In this document: positions 39,616 through 48,798 of the stretch, piece by piece | Layout: each line of letters begins with the position of its first letter | How positions within the stretch are numbered: the stretch's first letter is position 1 | Notes under the pieces: generated by a model | Seen by the model: only the letters and a program-made list of their open reading frames with translations | Databases searched by the model: none | What the model was told of the DNA's origin: nothing | Translations under genes and position numbers: made by a program | DNA from: Clostridia bacterium | GTDB taxonomy: Bacteria; Bacillota; Clostridia; Oscillospirales; CAG-272 | Assembly: GCA_017453255.1 (NCBI GenBank) | Contig: JAFTKN010000010.1 | Location: 3,497-67,496 of the forward strand | DNA: 64,000 nt | Direction of reading: 5' to 3'

Positions 39616-39616
39616 T

Positions 39617-39841
39617 ATGGCGGCATTTCCGAAGTATATAAGGGTCGATGTCGAAATCGAAATCCCCGTCGAGAGTGAGTTTACCGACCCGACGACGTTG
39701 TCGATAACGGCGGATATGAAAAAAGCAAACCGTTTTATTAAAGCGGTCGGCAGATTGTGCGACAGGTACAATTATCGAATAAAGGTAACGCGCAGAGAAC
39801 GACACCCGCCAACGACGGGAAGTAACGCGTACCACGGATAA
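39617..39841 (+). CDS. Phage hypothetical protein
   Basis: GGAGG RBS before ATG 39617. Confidence 0.55.
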   Translation: MAAFPKYIRVDVEIEIPVESEFTDPTTLSITADMKKANRFIKAVGRLCDRYNYRIKVTRRERHPPTTGSNAYHG

Positions 39842-39855
39842 CAAGGAGGCTTACA

Positions 39856-40080
39856 ATGGCAAAGGAAACATACATACAAATCGGCGTAACGGCATTAAGG
39901 ACACCGACGGGAGATTTTCTCCCGTCCGTCCCTCTTTACATCAAGGCGGCGGAGGCGGTCGGCGCAAGCGGACTCACACCGTCCGAGGAAAGACCCCTTC
40001 ACGATGTCGCCGCCCTCTTTGCCGTTGAGCATATCAAGAACACGGCACAAAAGGAGGTAAGACACCGTGCCAAAGTATAA
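39856..40080 (+). CDS. Phage hypothetical protein
   Basis: AAGGAGG RBS; IGVTALRTPTGDFLPSVPLY. Confidence 0.65.
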   Translation: MAKETYIQIGVTALRTPTGDFLPSVPLYIKAAEAVGASGLTPSEERPLHDVAALFAVEHIKNTAQKEVRHRAKV

Positions 40081-40558
40081 AGAAGTAATGTTTGTCAAGG
40101 GTATTATGCAAAAAGAGGTGTTGGACGGAGTGCGCCGCGCCGACCCTCGCGTTGATAAACCCCTTTTAAGCAAGATTGTAAACGGTATTTGTTTACCGAA
40201 CAAACCCACCCTCGACGGTATTTGCAAGGCGTTATCGTGCGATGTACTCGACATCTACGACCGCCGCGAACTTGACTTGATACCGTCCGATACACCCGTT
40301 GCAACGCCCACGGAGGGCGTAAACCCGCACACGCAGAGGACGCGCCGCCGCCGTGCGGACAATCCTTTTTATAATCTTACGGTCGAAATCCCGCGCGACG
40401 TTGCCGAGCGCGTGTTTGACAAAGAGTCTTTACGCAAGTTGGGATATTTGAGCGTTACGGACTTTGTGCGCCACGCGGTCGATAAACTCGCCGCGAGGCT
40501 CGACAAAATCGAGGCAAAAGAAAAAGCCGCCGCGGGCGATACCCACGACGGCGAATAA
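40067..40558 (+). CDS. HTH-containing phage regulator
   Basis: DKPLLSKIVNGICLPNKPTLDGICKALSCDVLDIY. Confidence 0.65.
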   Translation: MPKYKEVMFVKGIMQKEVLDGVRRADPRVDKPLLSKIVNGICLPNKPTLDGICKALSCDVLDIYDRRELDLIPSDTPVATPTEGVNPHTQRTRRRRADNPFYNLTVEIPRDVAERVFDKESLRKLGYLSVTDFVRHAVDKLAARLDKIEAKEKAAAGDTHDGE

Positions 40559-40566
40559 TAGCACAT

Positions 40567-40643
40567 AAAAAGAAAAGCGGGGCGACACAATGGCACTTGT
40601 GAAACGCCCCTACGGATTGACGCGAAAACATCAACCAAACCGT
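40567..40643 (-). ncRNA. Putative antisense small RNA (~77 nt)
   Basis: Minus-strand promoter TTGACA-17-TACAAT (40678-40650) and minus-strand terminator GGGGCG/CGCCCC + U tract (40610-40567). Confidence 0.5.
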
Positions 40644-40804
40644 ATAACTATTGTACCATATACCGAGCGATTTGTCAACCTTTTTAATTAAAAAAAGAGG
40701 GTGGAAAAATGGCTTTTGGCGTCCTCGTAATGAAGTATTATCTTATCGACGAAGGAAGGTACGGAGCGGTTATGTTTCACGCTCGAATTTAAGAGGTGAA
40801 AAAA

Positions 40805-41317
40805 ATGAAAAATAATTATGCTTTTACAAATCATAGTCAAGGTCGGAGTCAAAGTCAAGTCGGGTATCCCACGTTGGGCGACCACCTCGCAAGGATAGAG
40901 GCACAAATTGAGATTTGTTGTTTTGACGAGGAGTACGAGGCACAAGCCGAGGAAATATGCCTCATAATCGCCGAGGTGTTTATGCTCCCTCCGACCGCGG
41001 AAATTCAAATCGCGGGACAAAAACTCTCGGTCGCTCTTGTATGTGGAGTCTATGAAATGTTACGCCACGAGGATATTATCGCCGTAATGGATAACGTCGA
41101 AAAGGCGACGTATGAAATTAAGCACAAAAAAACATACCTCCGTACCGCCCTTTATAACGCCGTATTTGAACACGAAACAAGAGAGTTGAACGACTTGCGT
41201 GCCGAGTGCGGGGACGACGACCCGTATTTAAGGACGCGCCGCGAGCGTATCAACGAGCGTCGATATAGAACCGCGCAAGAGTGGTTAGCAGAACGGAAAA
41301 AGGCGGGCAACGTATGA
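40805..41317 (+). CDS. Phage replication-associated protein (similar to RepA_N C-terminal domains)
   Basis: IKHKKTYLRTALYNA motif recalled from Clostridia replication initiator C-termini; not verified. Confidence 0.5.
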   Translation: MKNNYAFTNHSQGRSQSQVGYPTLGDHLARIEAQIEICCFDEEYEAQAEEICLIIAEVFMLPPTAEIQIAGQKLSVALVCGVYEMLRHEDIIAVMDNVEKATYEIKHKKTYLRTALYNAVFEHETRELNDLRAECGDDDPYLRTRRERINERRYRTAQEWLAERKKAGNV

Positions 41318-42204
41318 GAAACTATACCCTTGACCCTGCTACCGTTGATTTTGACGAGGTTTTCCCGTACGCGGAAACCTCCGAGGAGCGATTGTCCGCC
41401 CTCGACGATAGGCACATTGTAAAGTATCGCACAAAGACCATTAAGAGCGGCGATGTGTTGGAGTGCGAAATTTACCCGATATGGAATAACGGGGCGTCAA
41501 CGTCCCGCGCAAAAAAGGTAAAAAAGAGCCGTCAATCACAAAAAAACCTCAACGCAAAAAACGCCCTCAAAAACGTTATCCGTCTTGTAAATACGAATTT
41601 CACCGACTCGGATATTTGGGGTACGTTTACATACGAAACCCGCAAACTCCCGAAATCGGTTGAGGAGGCGGAAAAATCCTTCAGCAACTTTATCCGACGA
41701 TTGAAATACTACGCCAAAAAGCACGGTTTTCCTCCCGTCAAATATGTGTATTGGACGGAGTTTGAGGACGACGAGAAAAAAGGCAAGCACCGAGTCCACC
41801 ACCACGTTATAACGAATTTCCCCGACCGCGACGTTATGGAAAGTCTATGGCGCAACGGCGCGCGAACTCAAACCCGCCGATTGCAAGCCGACGAGAGCGG
41901 TTACGAAGGCGCGGTGCGCTATTGTATGAAAGACCCCAAAGGCACAAAGAGATACAAGGCGTCGAAAAACCTTAAAAAGCCGACAATCACGGTCGCGGAC
42001 ACAAAGTTTACGCGCCGCAAGGTTAATCGCATTATCCGAGGCGACGTAAACGCGGTCGATGTATTCGAGTCGCTTTATGCGGGTTATGATATTACCCACA
42101 TTGAACACAAAACGAGCGATTATGTCACGGGAGCGTATTTATACGTGAAAATGGCAAGGCGAAAGAAAGAGAGAGGGCGAAAAAGTGAAGTACATAGGCA
42201 GTAA
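41314..42204 (+). CDS. HUH endonuclease, rolling-circle Rep-like
   Basis: Motif I GTFTY, motif II RVHHHVI, motif III YCMK. Confidence 0.75.
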   Translation: MRNYTLDPATVDFDEVFPYAETSEERLSALDDRHIVKYRTKTIKSGDVLECEIYPIWNNGASTSRAKKVKKSRQSQKNLNAKNALKNVIRLVNTNFTDSDIWGTFTYETRKLPKSVEEAEKSFSNFIRRLKYYAKKHGFPPVKYVYWTEFEDDEKKGKHRVHHHVITNFPDRDVMESLWRNGARTQTRRLQADESGYEGAVRYCMKDPKGTKRYKASKNLKKPTITVADTKFTRRKVNRIIRGDVNAVDVFESLYAGYDITHIEHKTSDYVTGAYLYVKMARRKKERGRKSEVHRQ

Positions 42205-43057
42205 AGCAAAATACGCGGCGGAGATTGTGCCGCTTTTACAAGACATTATCGAACGGTACGATGTGGAGCAGTACGTCGAGCCGTTTGTCGGCGGTTTTAA
42301 CATTATCGACAAAATCGAGTGCGAATACCGCCTCGGCAACGACATCGACCCTCTTGTTTGTAATCTCGTCGAGGCTTGCCGCGAGCGTCCGCAACTCCTT
42401 GACACATTGAAAACGCCGACCCGAGAGGAATATTACGACGTACGCGACAACCCCGAGAAGTACGCGCCGTGGTATCGCGCGGCAATACTCCTCTTTGCGT
42501 CCTATAACGCACGCGTTTACGGCGGGTGTTACGGAGCGGTTGCAAAAACAAAGGACGGTAAGGAGCGCAATTACTTCGAGGAGGCAAAGGCGAATTTTAA
42601 GCGGCAGTTGCCCTCTCTCCGCAATATCTTAATCGGGTGTTGCGATTACCGCGATTTGCGTTTCCCGATACATAAAACGGTGCTTATTTATTGCGACCCG
42701 CCGTATGCGGACTCTATCGGATACGGCAAAGAATTTGACACCGCGGCGTTTTGGGAATGGTGCAGACGTCAAAGCGAGGCGGGACACATCGTAATCGTTA
42801 GCGAGTACACCGCGCCCGACGACTTTGTTTGTATTTGGGAGAGGGACACCAAAACCCACCTAAACAACCGACAAAAGCACGACCGCAAGGAGCGGTTGTT
42901 TGCGTACCGTGCGTTTGACCGTGAAAATCCACCCACAAAGCCGACGACCGAGGAGGATTGCCGCACTTGTCAATATTTCTTGGCGTGCGAATGTTTCGAC
43001 GGGTCGATTTGTTGCGATTACAAAGAACGAATGACCGAGGAGGCGGAAAAATGTTAA
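42185..43057 (+). CDS. DNA adenine methyltransferase (Dam/D12 class)
   Basis: KYIGSK, YVEPFVGG, IYCDPPY. Confidence 0.9.
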   Translation: MKYIGSKAKYAAEIVPLLQDIIERYDVEQYVEPFVGGFNIIDKIECEYRLGNDIDPLVCNLVEACRERPQLLDTLKTPTREEYYDVRDNPEKYAPWYRAAILLFASYNARVYGGCYGAVAKTKDGKERNYFEEAKANFKRQLPSLRNILIGCCDYRDLRFPIHKTVLIYCDPPYADSIGYGKEFDTAAFWEWCRRQSEAGHIVIVSEYTAPDDFVCIWERDTKTHLNNRQKHDRKERLFAYRAFDRENPPTKPTTEEDCRTCQYFLACECFDGSICCDYKERMTEEAEKC

Positions 43058-43314
43058 AAGTACACGAGTTGAAAATCTTGCCCGAATACTTCGCCGACGT
43101 CAAGAGTGGCGCGAAAAAGGCGGAGTATAGGTACAACGACCGCAATTTCAAGGTCGGCGACGTCCTTATTTTGCGAGAATACGAAAACGGCGACTATACG
43201 GGACGCCGCTTGTGTTTCAAAATAACGCACATTTTGGAGGGCGTGTACGGTATGCCCGAAAAGTGGGCGGTTTTGAGTATCAAGCCGTATAAAGGAGGGT
43301 TGAAAAGATGTTAA
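43051..43314 (+). CDS. DUF3850/ASCH-like protein
   Basis: HELKILPEYF...KKAEYRYNDRNFKVGDVLILRE...YTGR. Confidence 0.85.
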   Translation: MLKVHELKILPEYFADVKSGAKKAEYRYNDRNFKVGDVLILREYENGDYTGRRLCFKITHILEGVYGMPEKWAVLSIKPYKGGLKRC

Positions 43315-43517
43315 AACGCATTATAAGCATTATTTACATCGTTGCGTTGCTCGTGACGGTCGTTTGTGTCCCTCTCTCGGCGATATTTATAATCGTCAAA
43401 TTATGCGGCGCGTCCGCGATGTCGTGGCTTGCGTGTTGTATGCCCGTAATCGTCGTTTTGGCGATATTGCCGCTCTTGCTCATATCAAAATTTTTACTCG
43501 ACCAAAAAGGAGGTTAA
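43308..43517 (+). CDS. Small membrane protein
   Basis: Two hydrophobic segments. Confidence 0.65.
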   Translation: MLKRIISIIYIVALLVTVVCVPLSAIFIIVKLCGASAMSWLACCMPVIVVLAILPLLLISKFLLDQKGG

Positions 43518-43520
43518 GAA

Positions 43521-44117
43521 ATGCCGAAACACCCCGAAAACCCCGTCGTTGACGGAGAAACCCCAAAAACACCCAAAAAACAGACCAAAAAGACCCCGAA
43601 AAAGACCTCAAAAAAGACCCCGAAAAAGGCGTCCGAGGCAAAGAAAAAACGCGGTGTCCCGTGCGAGTACGACAATAAGGTTTTACCTTATTTGAAGGAC
43701 ATTGAAAAATATGCCCGTTGCGGAGTCACCGAAGGACAACTCGCGGAATACTACCACGTCGGCAAAACGTCGTGGGCGAAATATAAGAAAGATTACCCCG
43801 AATTTGCCGAAATACTATGTAAAGCAAAACGGGAGTGTAACACCGATTTAATCAACCGTGCGTATCAAGTGGCTATGGGTTACGAGTACGAGGAGGAAAC
43901 GACCGTCACTATCAAAGATAAGGCGGGAAACGTTACGGGTACAAAGACCACCAAACACAAACGATTTGCAAGAGCCGACGGAGGTATGTTACAATTCCTC
44001 CTCATTAACCGCAATCCCGACGAGTTTGCACGTGACCCGCAGATACTCGAACTCCGCCGCAAGGCGTTGGAACTTGCCGAGCAAGGCAAGACGTCGCCCG
44101 ATATGGAGGGTATATAA
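43521..44117 (+). CDS. Phage HTH protein (terminase-small-like family)
   Basis: GVTEGQLAEYYHVGKTSWAKYKKDYPEF...GYEYEE; Lys/Pro-rich PKKT repeats at the N-terminus. Confidence 0.6.
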   Translation: MPKHPENPVVDGETPKTPKKQTKKTPKKTSKKTPKKASEAKKKRGVPCEYDNKVLPYLKDIEKYARCGVTEGQLAEYYHVGKTSWAKYKKDYPEFAEILCKAKRECNTDLINRAYQVAMGYEYEEETTVTIKDKAGNVTGTKTTKHKRFARADGGMLQFLLINRNPDEFARDPQILELRRKALELAEQGKTSPDMEGI

Positions 44118-44120
44118 ACA

Positions 44121-44807
44121 ATGGCTCTTGACCCGATACACGCCTTTTATTGTACCGACGCTTATTTGTCGTTGGCGCAGATGTGCAAAGTCAAGAGCGG
44201 CGGTATGTGCGCTCGGTGCGGGCAAATATTCGAGATTGCAGAACTCCGACCGCACCACATAATCGAACTCACACTCGATAACATCGACGACGTAAATATC
44301 ACACTCAACCCCGATAATATCGAGGTGTTATGTGAGGATTGCCACAACGCCCAACACGGACGTTTCGGACACACCGTCGGACAAAAGCACATATACCTCG
44401 TCTATGGCTCGCCGTTTGCGGGTAAGCAAATGTACGTGAGTGCAGTTGCAACAAGGCACGATTTGATTATCGACCTTGACAAGATACATCGCTCGTTGTG
44501 TATATGCGGACTCTATGACAAACCCGACTCAACAAAGAGCGTCGCCTTCAACGTGAGAGATTATTTACTCAACGAGGCACGCACGGCGGGACGTCGGCGC
44601 AAATGGCAAGACGCATACATTATCGGCACGTATCCCGACCGCCTCGACCGAGAGGAGATTGTGCGAGAGTATGCCGCCGAACTCGTACACGTTGCAACTC
44701 CGAAGGAGGAATGTATCAAGCGAGCATATCAAGACATACAACGTCCGATTATTCGCGACGCCGCGGTCGGTTGGATAAATAACTATTGGCAACGATACCG
44801 CGCTTGA
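44121..44807 (+). CDS. HNH endonuclease (packaging-associated) with a degenerate P-loop C-terminal domain
   Basis: CARCG...PHH...LCEDCHNAQH; then YGSPFAGK. Confidence 0.85.
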   Translation: MALDPIHAFYCTDAYLSLAQMCKVKSGGMCARCGQIFEIAELRPHHIIELTLDNIDDVNITLNPDNIEVLCEDCHNAQHGRFGHTVGQKHIYLVYGSPFAGKQMYVSAVATRHDLIIDLDKIHRSLCICGLYDKPDSTKSVAFNVRDYLLNEARTAGRRRKWQDAYIIGTYPDRLDREEIVREYAAELVHVATPKEECIKRAYQDIQRPIIRDAAVGWINNYWQRYRA

Positions 44808-44931
44808 CTCCCCCCACCCTCGACGAATTTTTCGAGGCGCAACAGACTCCACGCCCCAACTCGGAAATATCCACACCGAAAAATTGACTTTTTTCTCGAA
44901 AAGTTTGCAAAATCTAAAAAGGAGGCTCAAA
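44808..44931. other. Probable cos/packaging-initiation region
   Basis: Intergenic C-rich stretch between HNH and TerS, the usual cos location in HK97-like phages; CCTCGA/TCGAGG inverted repeat. Confidence 0.35.
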
Positions 44932-45273
44932 ATGCCAAAGAATACCCCAAAGACTCGGGACGAACACACCGAAATCGAATATAAAAGGCTCGTAAGCCTC
45001 TACACCGAGGCGGGTGTTGACGAGATAAAGTTGCGCGTCAACGACTCCCTCATACATAAGGTCGCGGAGGTTTTCGGGATATTGGAGTCGATAAAGCACC
45101 TCCCGACTATCATTTACGACCCCAAAAACCCCGCCGTGCAACGTGAAACGGCGGCGGGAAAAACGCGCGTAAAGTATATGGCACAATATGTATCCTCTAT
45201 GCAGAAACTAAACAAAGAAATGCTCGGCGCACTCGACGGCGACGACGGCGACGAACTTGACGACTACGAATAA
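44932..45273 (+). CDS. terS: Terminase small subunit
   Basis: Position before TerL; NPAV...YMAQY...LNKEM pattern of P27-like small subunits. Confidence 0.7.
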   Translation: MPKNTPKTRDEHTEIEYKRLVSLYTEAGVDEIKLRVNDSLIHKVAEVFGILESIKHLPTIIYDPKNPAVQRETAAGKTRVKYMAQYVSSMQKLNKEMLGALDGDDGDELDDYE

Positions 45274-47098
45274 TACGACCGCGGCGGCGTGGGATTTAGT
45301 CAACCCCGATATTGTGCCTATTGAGGGTTGGCACGTCATAAACGACGATGTCGGCGGGCGTCATAGTTATTTAATCGAGTATTACAAGCGATGTCGGAGC
45401 GGCGAAATCACAATCGGACGCGAACTCAAAACGCAACTCGAAATGTGCATACAAGACATATTGTCCCCCTCGGATACATACCGTTTTGAACTCGAAGGAG
45501 CGCACAAACGAATACAGTTTATCGAGAGGGAAATTAAACACTTTGAGAGTCCGTTTGCGGGCAAACCGTTTATATTAACGCTCAATCAAAAAGCAATCGC
45601 CGAGGCGATATTTGGCTTTTACTTTTTCGACGACGAACTCCTCGGCGGCGGTCGGTGGGTACGTCGATACAAAGAGGTTTTGTTGCTCATAGCACGTAAG
45701 AACGGCAAGACGCCGTTTGTTGCGGCGTTGGTGCTTGCCGAGTGGTTTTGTGGTGAGGCGGGACAAAAAGTAATGTGCGCGTCCAACGACTACGAACAAG
45801 CGGGGTTAATCTTTGATTGTATAAACAACTTCCGCGAGGAGTCCCGCGCGATGTTGCGCGTCACCCGCAAGAACAACAAAGGTATCTTTTTCGGCAACCC
45901 GAAACAACGCAAAAAACGCGGCAAATTTTCCGCACAAAACAAAGGCTCGATAAAAAAGATGTCGGCGAAATCGGGTGCAAAGGAAGGTCGAAACCTCAAA
46001 ATCGTTATCGTGGACGAGGTACACGAAATGAAAGACCGCACGACCGTAATGCCTCTCCGCTCCTCGCAGACGACGCAAGACGAGCCGTTTTACATCGAGA
46101 TTACGACCGAGGGTGTCGTCCACGACGGATACCTCGACGAGAGATTGCGCGAGGCGCGCCGCGTGCTGAAGGGCGAACTTGACCGCCCGCGTTGGCTCGT
46201 ATGGCTCTACACGCAAGACTCGGAGGCGGAAATTTGGAACGACGAAAACTCGTGGTACAAGTCAAATCCGATGTTGGGCGTTGTAAAGAAAATTTCCGAC
46301 CTCCGCGACCTCGTGGAGGAGGCGAGAATTAACGGAGCGCAACGCGCGTTTACGCTCGCAAAGGAATTTAATCTCAAACAACTTTCCTCCCGCGCTTGGT
46401 TGCGCGAGTCCGATATTATCGGGTGCGACGGTACGTTTACTCTTGACGACTTCCGTAATTCTTGGTGCATTGTGGGCGTTGACCTTGCAGAGTCAAACGA
46501 CCTTTGTGCCGTAACATTTTTGTTTATGCGACCCGACGACCCCGTCAAGTATATGTTTACGATGTACTTTGTCCCCGAGTCGAAGGCGGCGGATATACAA
46601 TCGACCGAGAGTCCGACGAATACCGAAAAGCGCGATTATCGCGAGTGGGAGCGTATGGGACTTTGCCGCATTGTCAAGGGCAACGTTATCGACGACGACG
46701 TTATCGCCGAGTATCTATACGAGATTTACAACGAGTATCATATCCGCCCGTACCGCGTCGGATACGACGAATGGCACGCGAAGGAATTTGCAAAAATCAC
46801 CCGTCAACACTTCGGCGACGTTGCAACAAAAATTAAGATGTCATACGAGGCGTTGAACACTCCGACCCGTACTCTCGAAATTGACCTCCGCGACCGCAAC
46901 GTCAATTATAACAACAACGAAATTTGCGCGTGGTGTTTCCGTAATACCGCGGTCAAGCACGATAGCAAAGGTTTTGTAATGCCCGAGAAAATCGCGGGAT
47001 ACATCGGCAATAAAATCGACGGCACGGCGTCAAAAATTATCGCATACGCCACCTTGCGTGAGTGCAAGAGTGCGTTTATGTCGAAAATAGGAGCGTGA
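45257..47098 (+). CDS. terL: Terminase large subunit
   Basis: Walker A ARKNGKT, Walker B IVDEVHE, nuclease GVDLA...D and KIDG. Confidence 0.95.
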   Translation: MTTTNNTTAAAWDLVNPDIVPIEGWHVINDDVGGRHSYLIEYYKRCRSGEITIGRELKTQLEMCIQDILSPSDTYRFELEGAHKRIQFIEREIKHFESPFAGKPFILTLNQKAIAEAIFGFYFFDDELLGGGRWVRRYKEVLLLIARKNGKTPFVAALVLAEWFCGEAGQKVMCASNDYEQAGLIFDCINNFREESRAMLRVTRKNNKGIFFGNPKQRKKRGKFSAQNKGSIKKMSAKSGAKEGRNLKIVIVDEVHEMKDRTTVMPLRSSQTTQDEPFYIEITTEGVVHDGYLDERLREARRVLKGELDRPRWLVWLYTQDSEAEIWNDENSWYKSNPMLGVVKKISDLRDLVEEARINGAQRAFTLAKEFNLKQLSSRAWLRESDIIGCDGTFTLDDFRNSWCIVGVDLAESNDLCAVTFLFMRPDDPVKYMFTMYFVPESKAADIQSTESPTNTEKRDYREWERMGLCRIVKGNVIDDDVIAEYLYEIYNEYHIRPYRVGYDEWHAKEFAKITRQHFGDVATKIKMSYEALNTPTRTLEIDLRDRNVNYNNNEICAWCFRNTAVKHDSKGFVMPEKIAGYIGNKIDGTASKIIAYATLRECKSAFMSKIGA

Positions 47099-47100
47099 GT

Positions 47101-47271
47101 ATGGGCGAGAAAAAGAAACAAAATCAAAATCAATACCGCCGCGAGATACGTTGCCCCGTACATAACAAGTTAATCGGCAAGTACGACGCGCGATACGGCA
47201 TAACTAACGTTACTTACTATTGCCCGAAATGCCACAAAGAGCATACTTTTACGCGTCCCCGCGAGGCGTAA
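47101..47271 (+). CDS. Small zinc-ribbon protein (Mu Com-like)
   Basis: IRCPVHNKLIGK...YYCPKCHKEH. Confidence 0.6.
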   Translation: MGEKKKQNQNQYRREIRCPVHNKLIGKYDARYGITNVTYYCPKCHKEHTFTRPREA

Positions 47272-47325
47272 ACGCTCGTTTTTACGGATTGATTGAAATT
47301 TTTTCCGGAAAATCGTAAAAACCTA

Positions 47326-47354
47326 TTGACATTTTTACGGGTTAGCGGTATAAT
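47326..47354 (+). promoter_or_regulatory. Consensus SigA promoter between terL and portal
   Basis: TTGACA-17 bp-TATAAT. Confidence 0.75.
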
Positions 47355-47420
47355 GTAATAAAATCAAATACGTGTATCCGCCGATATTCTCGGCGCGTAC
47401 CCCTTTTGAGCAATCAAAAC

Positions 47421-47494
47421 AAGTGGGTCGATATTTTGTAAACGGTCTTTTTTCCTTTCGTCCGTTACATTTATCGACCCACTTTTATTTTTTC
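47421..47494 (+). terminator. Long hairpin plus U-tract upstream of the portal gene
   Basis: AAGTGGGTCGATA / TATCGACCCACTT 13-bp stem with inner TGTAAACGG/CCGTTACA pairing; followed by TTATTTTTTC. Confidence 0.6.
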
Positions 47495-47514
47495 ACCGAA
47501 GGAGGTTAAAAGGC

Positions 47515-48798
47515 TTGGGAACTCTCAACAACGCAATACATAATTTGCTCGGTTGGAGCAAGGCGAGCGTTTATAATAGTCAACTTATCAACGCAAATAA
47601 AGTCGTGTTTTCCTCTTACGGTAGGGATATACACACCTCGGATATTGTCAAGACGGCAATACATCGCGTTTGCGAGGAGGTGTCAAAGTGCAAAATCAAA
47701 TCCGTTATCGAACACCAAAACCCGCGACACGTCGAGATTTGCAACGACGACCTCAACGCCCTTTTTGCATATCGTATCAATCCTCTTTGCGGGTTGAAGG
47801 ACTTTTTATACAAGGTCGCTTACCTTGCAAAGGTCAATAAAAATTGTTTTATCTATTGGCAGTACGACGAAGTACCGATTATCGGGACGGACAAGGTGCG
47901 CCGCGTCACCCGCGGACTCTACCCGATAGAACACGCGAGCGTCAAACTTTATTACCTCGGCGACGAAATGCGTGTCGAACTCACGAGCATAAACGGCGAC
48001 GTCGTCCTCGATATGCCGTACTCGGACGTTATACATATACGCCACGGTTACGGCGCAAACGCGTACCTCGGAGGAAACGCAAGCGGTCGAGCGGATACCC
48101 GCGAACTCTTGACAAACTTACAGACGATACACGTTATCAAAGAGGCGATACCAAAGTCGTTAGAGGCGTCGTTGTCGCTCAAAGGTATTTTGTCAATGAA
48201 AACCGTTGCGGACGTCGATAAAAAGGCGATTACCCGCGAGGAGTTTGAAAATCACCTTTTTGACAGTAAATACGGCATAGTTGCAACCGACTACGAGAGC
48301 GATTTTACGCCGATTAACATTAACGCGACGGACATACCGTCAAACATCTTGTCGTTTGTGCGCGACGAAATCCTTGCGCCGCTCGACGTGTCCCTCCCTA
48401 TCTATCTTGGAAAGTGGACGGACGACGATTACACCGCGTTTTATCAAACCGCGGTCGAGGGTCTTTTGCTCGAAATCGTCGAGGCTATGAAAATTGTATT
48501 TTTCACCCCTCGTCAAATCGCGTACGGACACTCGATAAAGTGCTACGATAGATTGGTGCAATCCCTATCGTTTGAACGCCGACAAAACATTTGCGAAATG
48601 ACAAAAGAGGACGCGTTGTTGACCCGCGCGGAACGCCGCGAACTCCTCGGGTACGAACCCGACGGAGAGCCGACCCGCGTATCGCTCAATTATATTGACG
48701 TGTCAATCGCAAGCGAATATCAAACGGGAACGTTGACCGCGTCCCCGAAAACGGAAACCACACCGACCGAAAAGGAGGACGAGGACAATGCCGAATAA
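47515..48798 (+). CDS. Portal protein (HK97-type)
   Basis: Position and size; TTG start after AAGGAGG; DVIHIR, GILSM. Confidence 0.9.
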   Translation: MGTLNNAIHNLLGWSKASVYNSQLINANKVVFSSYGRDIHTSDIVKTAIHRVCEEVSKCKIKSVIEHQNPRHVEICNDDLNALFAYRINPLCGLKDFLYKVAYLAKVNKNCFIYWQYDEVPIIGTDKVRRVTRGLYPIEHASVKLYYLGDEMRVELTSINGDVVLDMPYSDVIHIRHGYGANAYLGGNASGRADTRELLTNLQTIHVIKEAIPKSLEASLSLKGILSMKTVADVDKKAITREEFENHLFDSKYGIVATDYESDFTPININATDIPSNILSFVRDEILAPLDVSLPIYLGKWTDDDYTAFYQTAVEGLLLEIVEAMKIVFFTPRQIAYGHSIKCYDRLVQSLSFERRQNICEMTKEDALLTRAERRELLGYEPDGEPTRVSLNYIDVSIASEYQTGTLTASPKTETTPTEKEDEDNAE

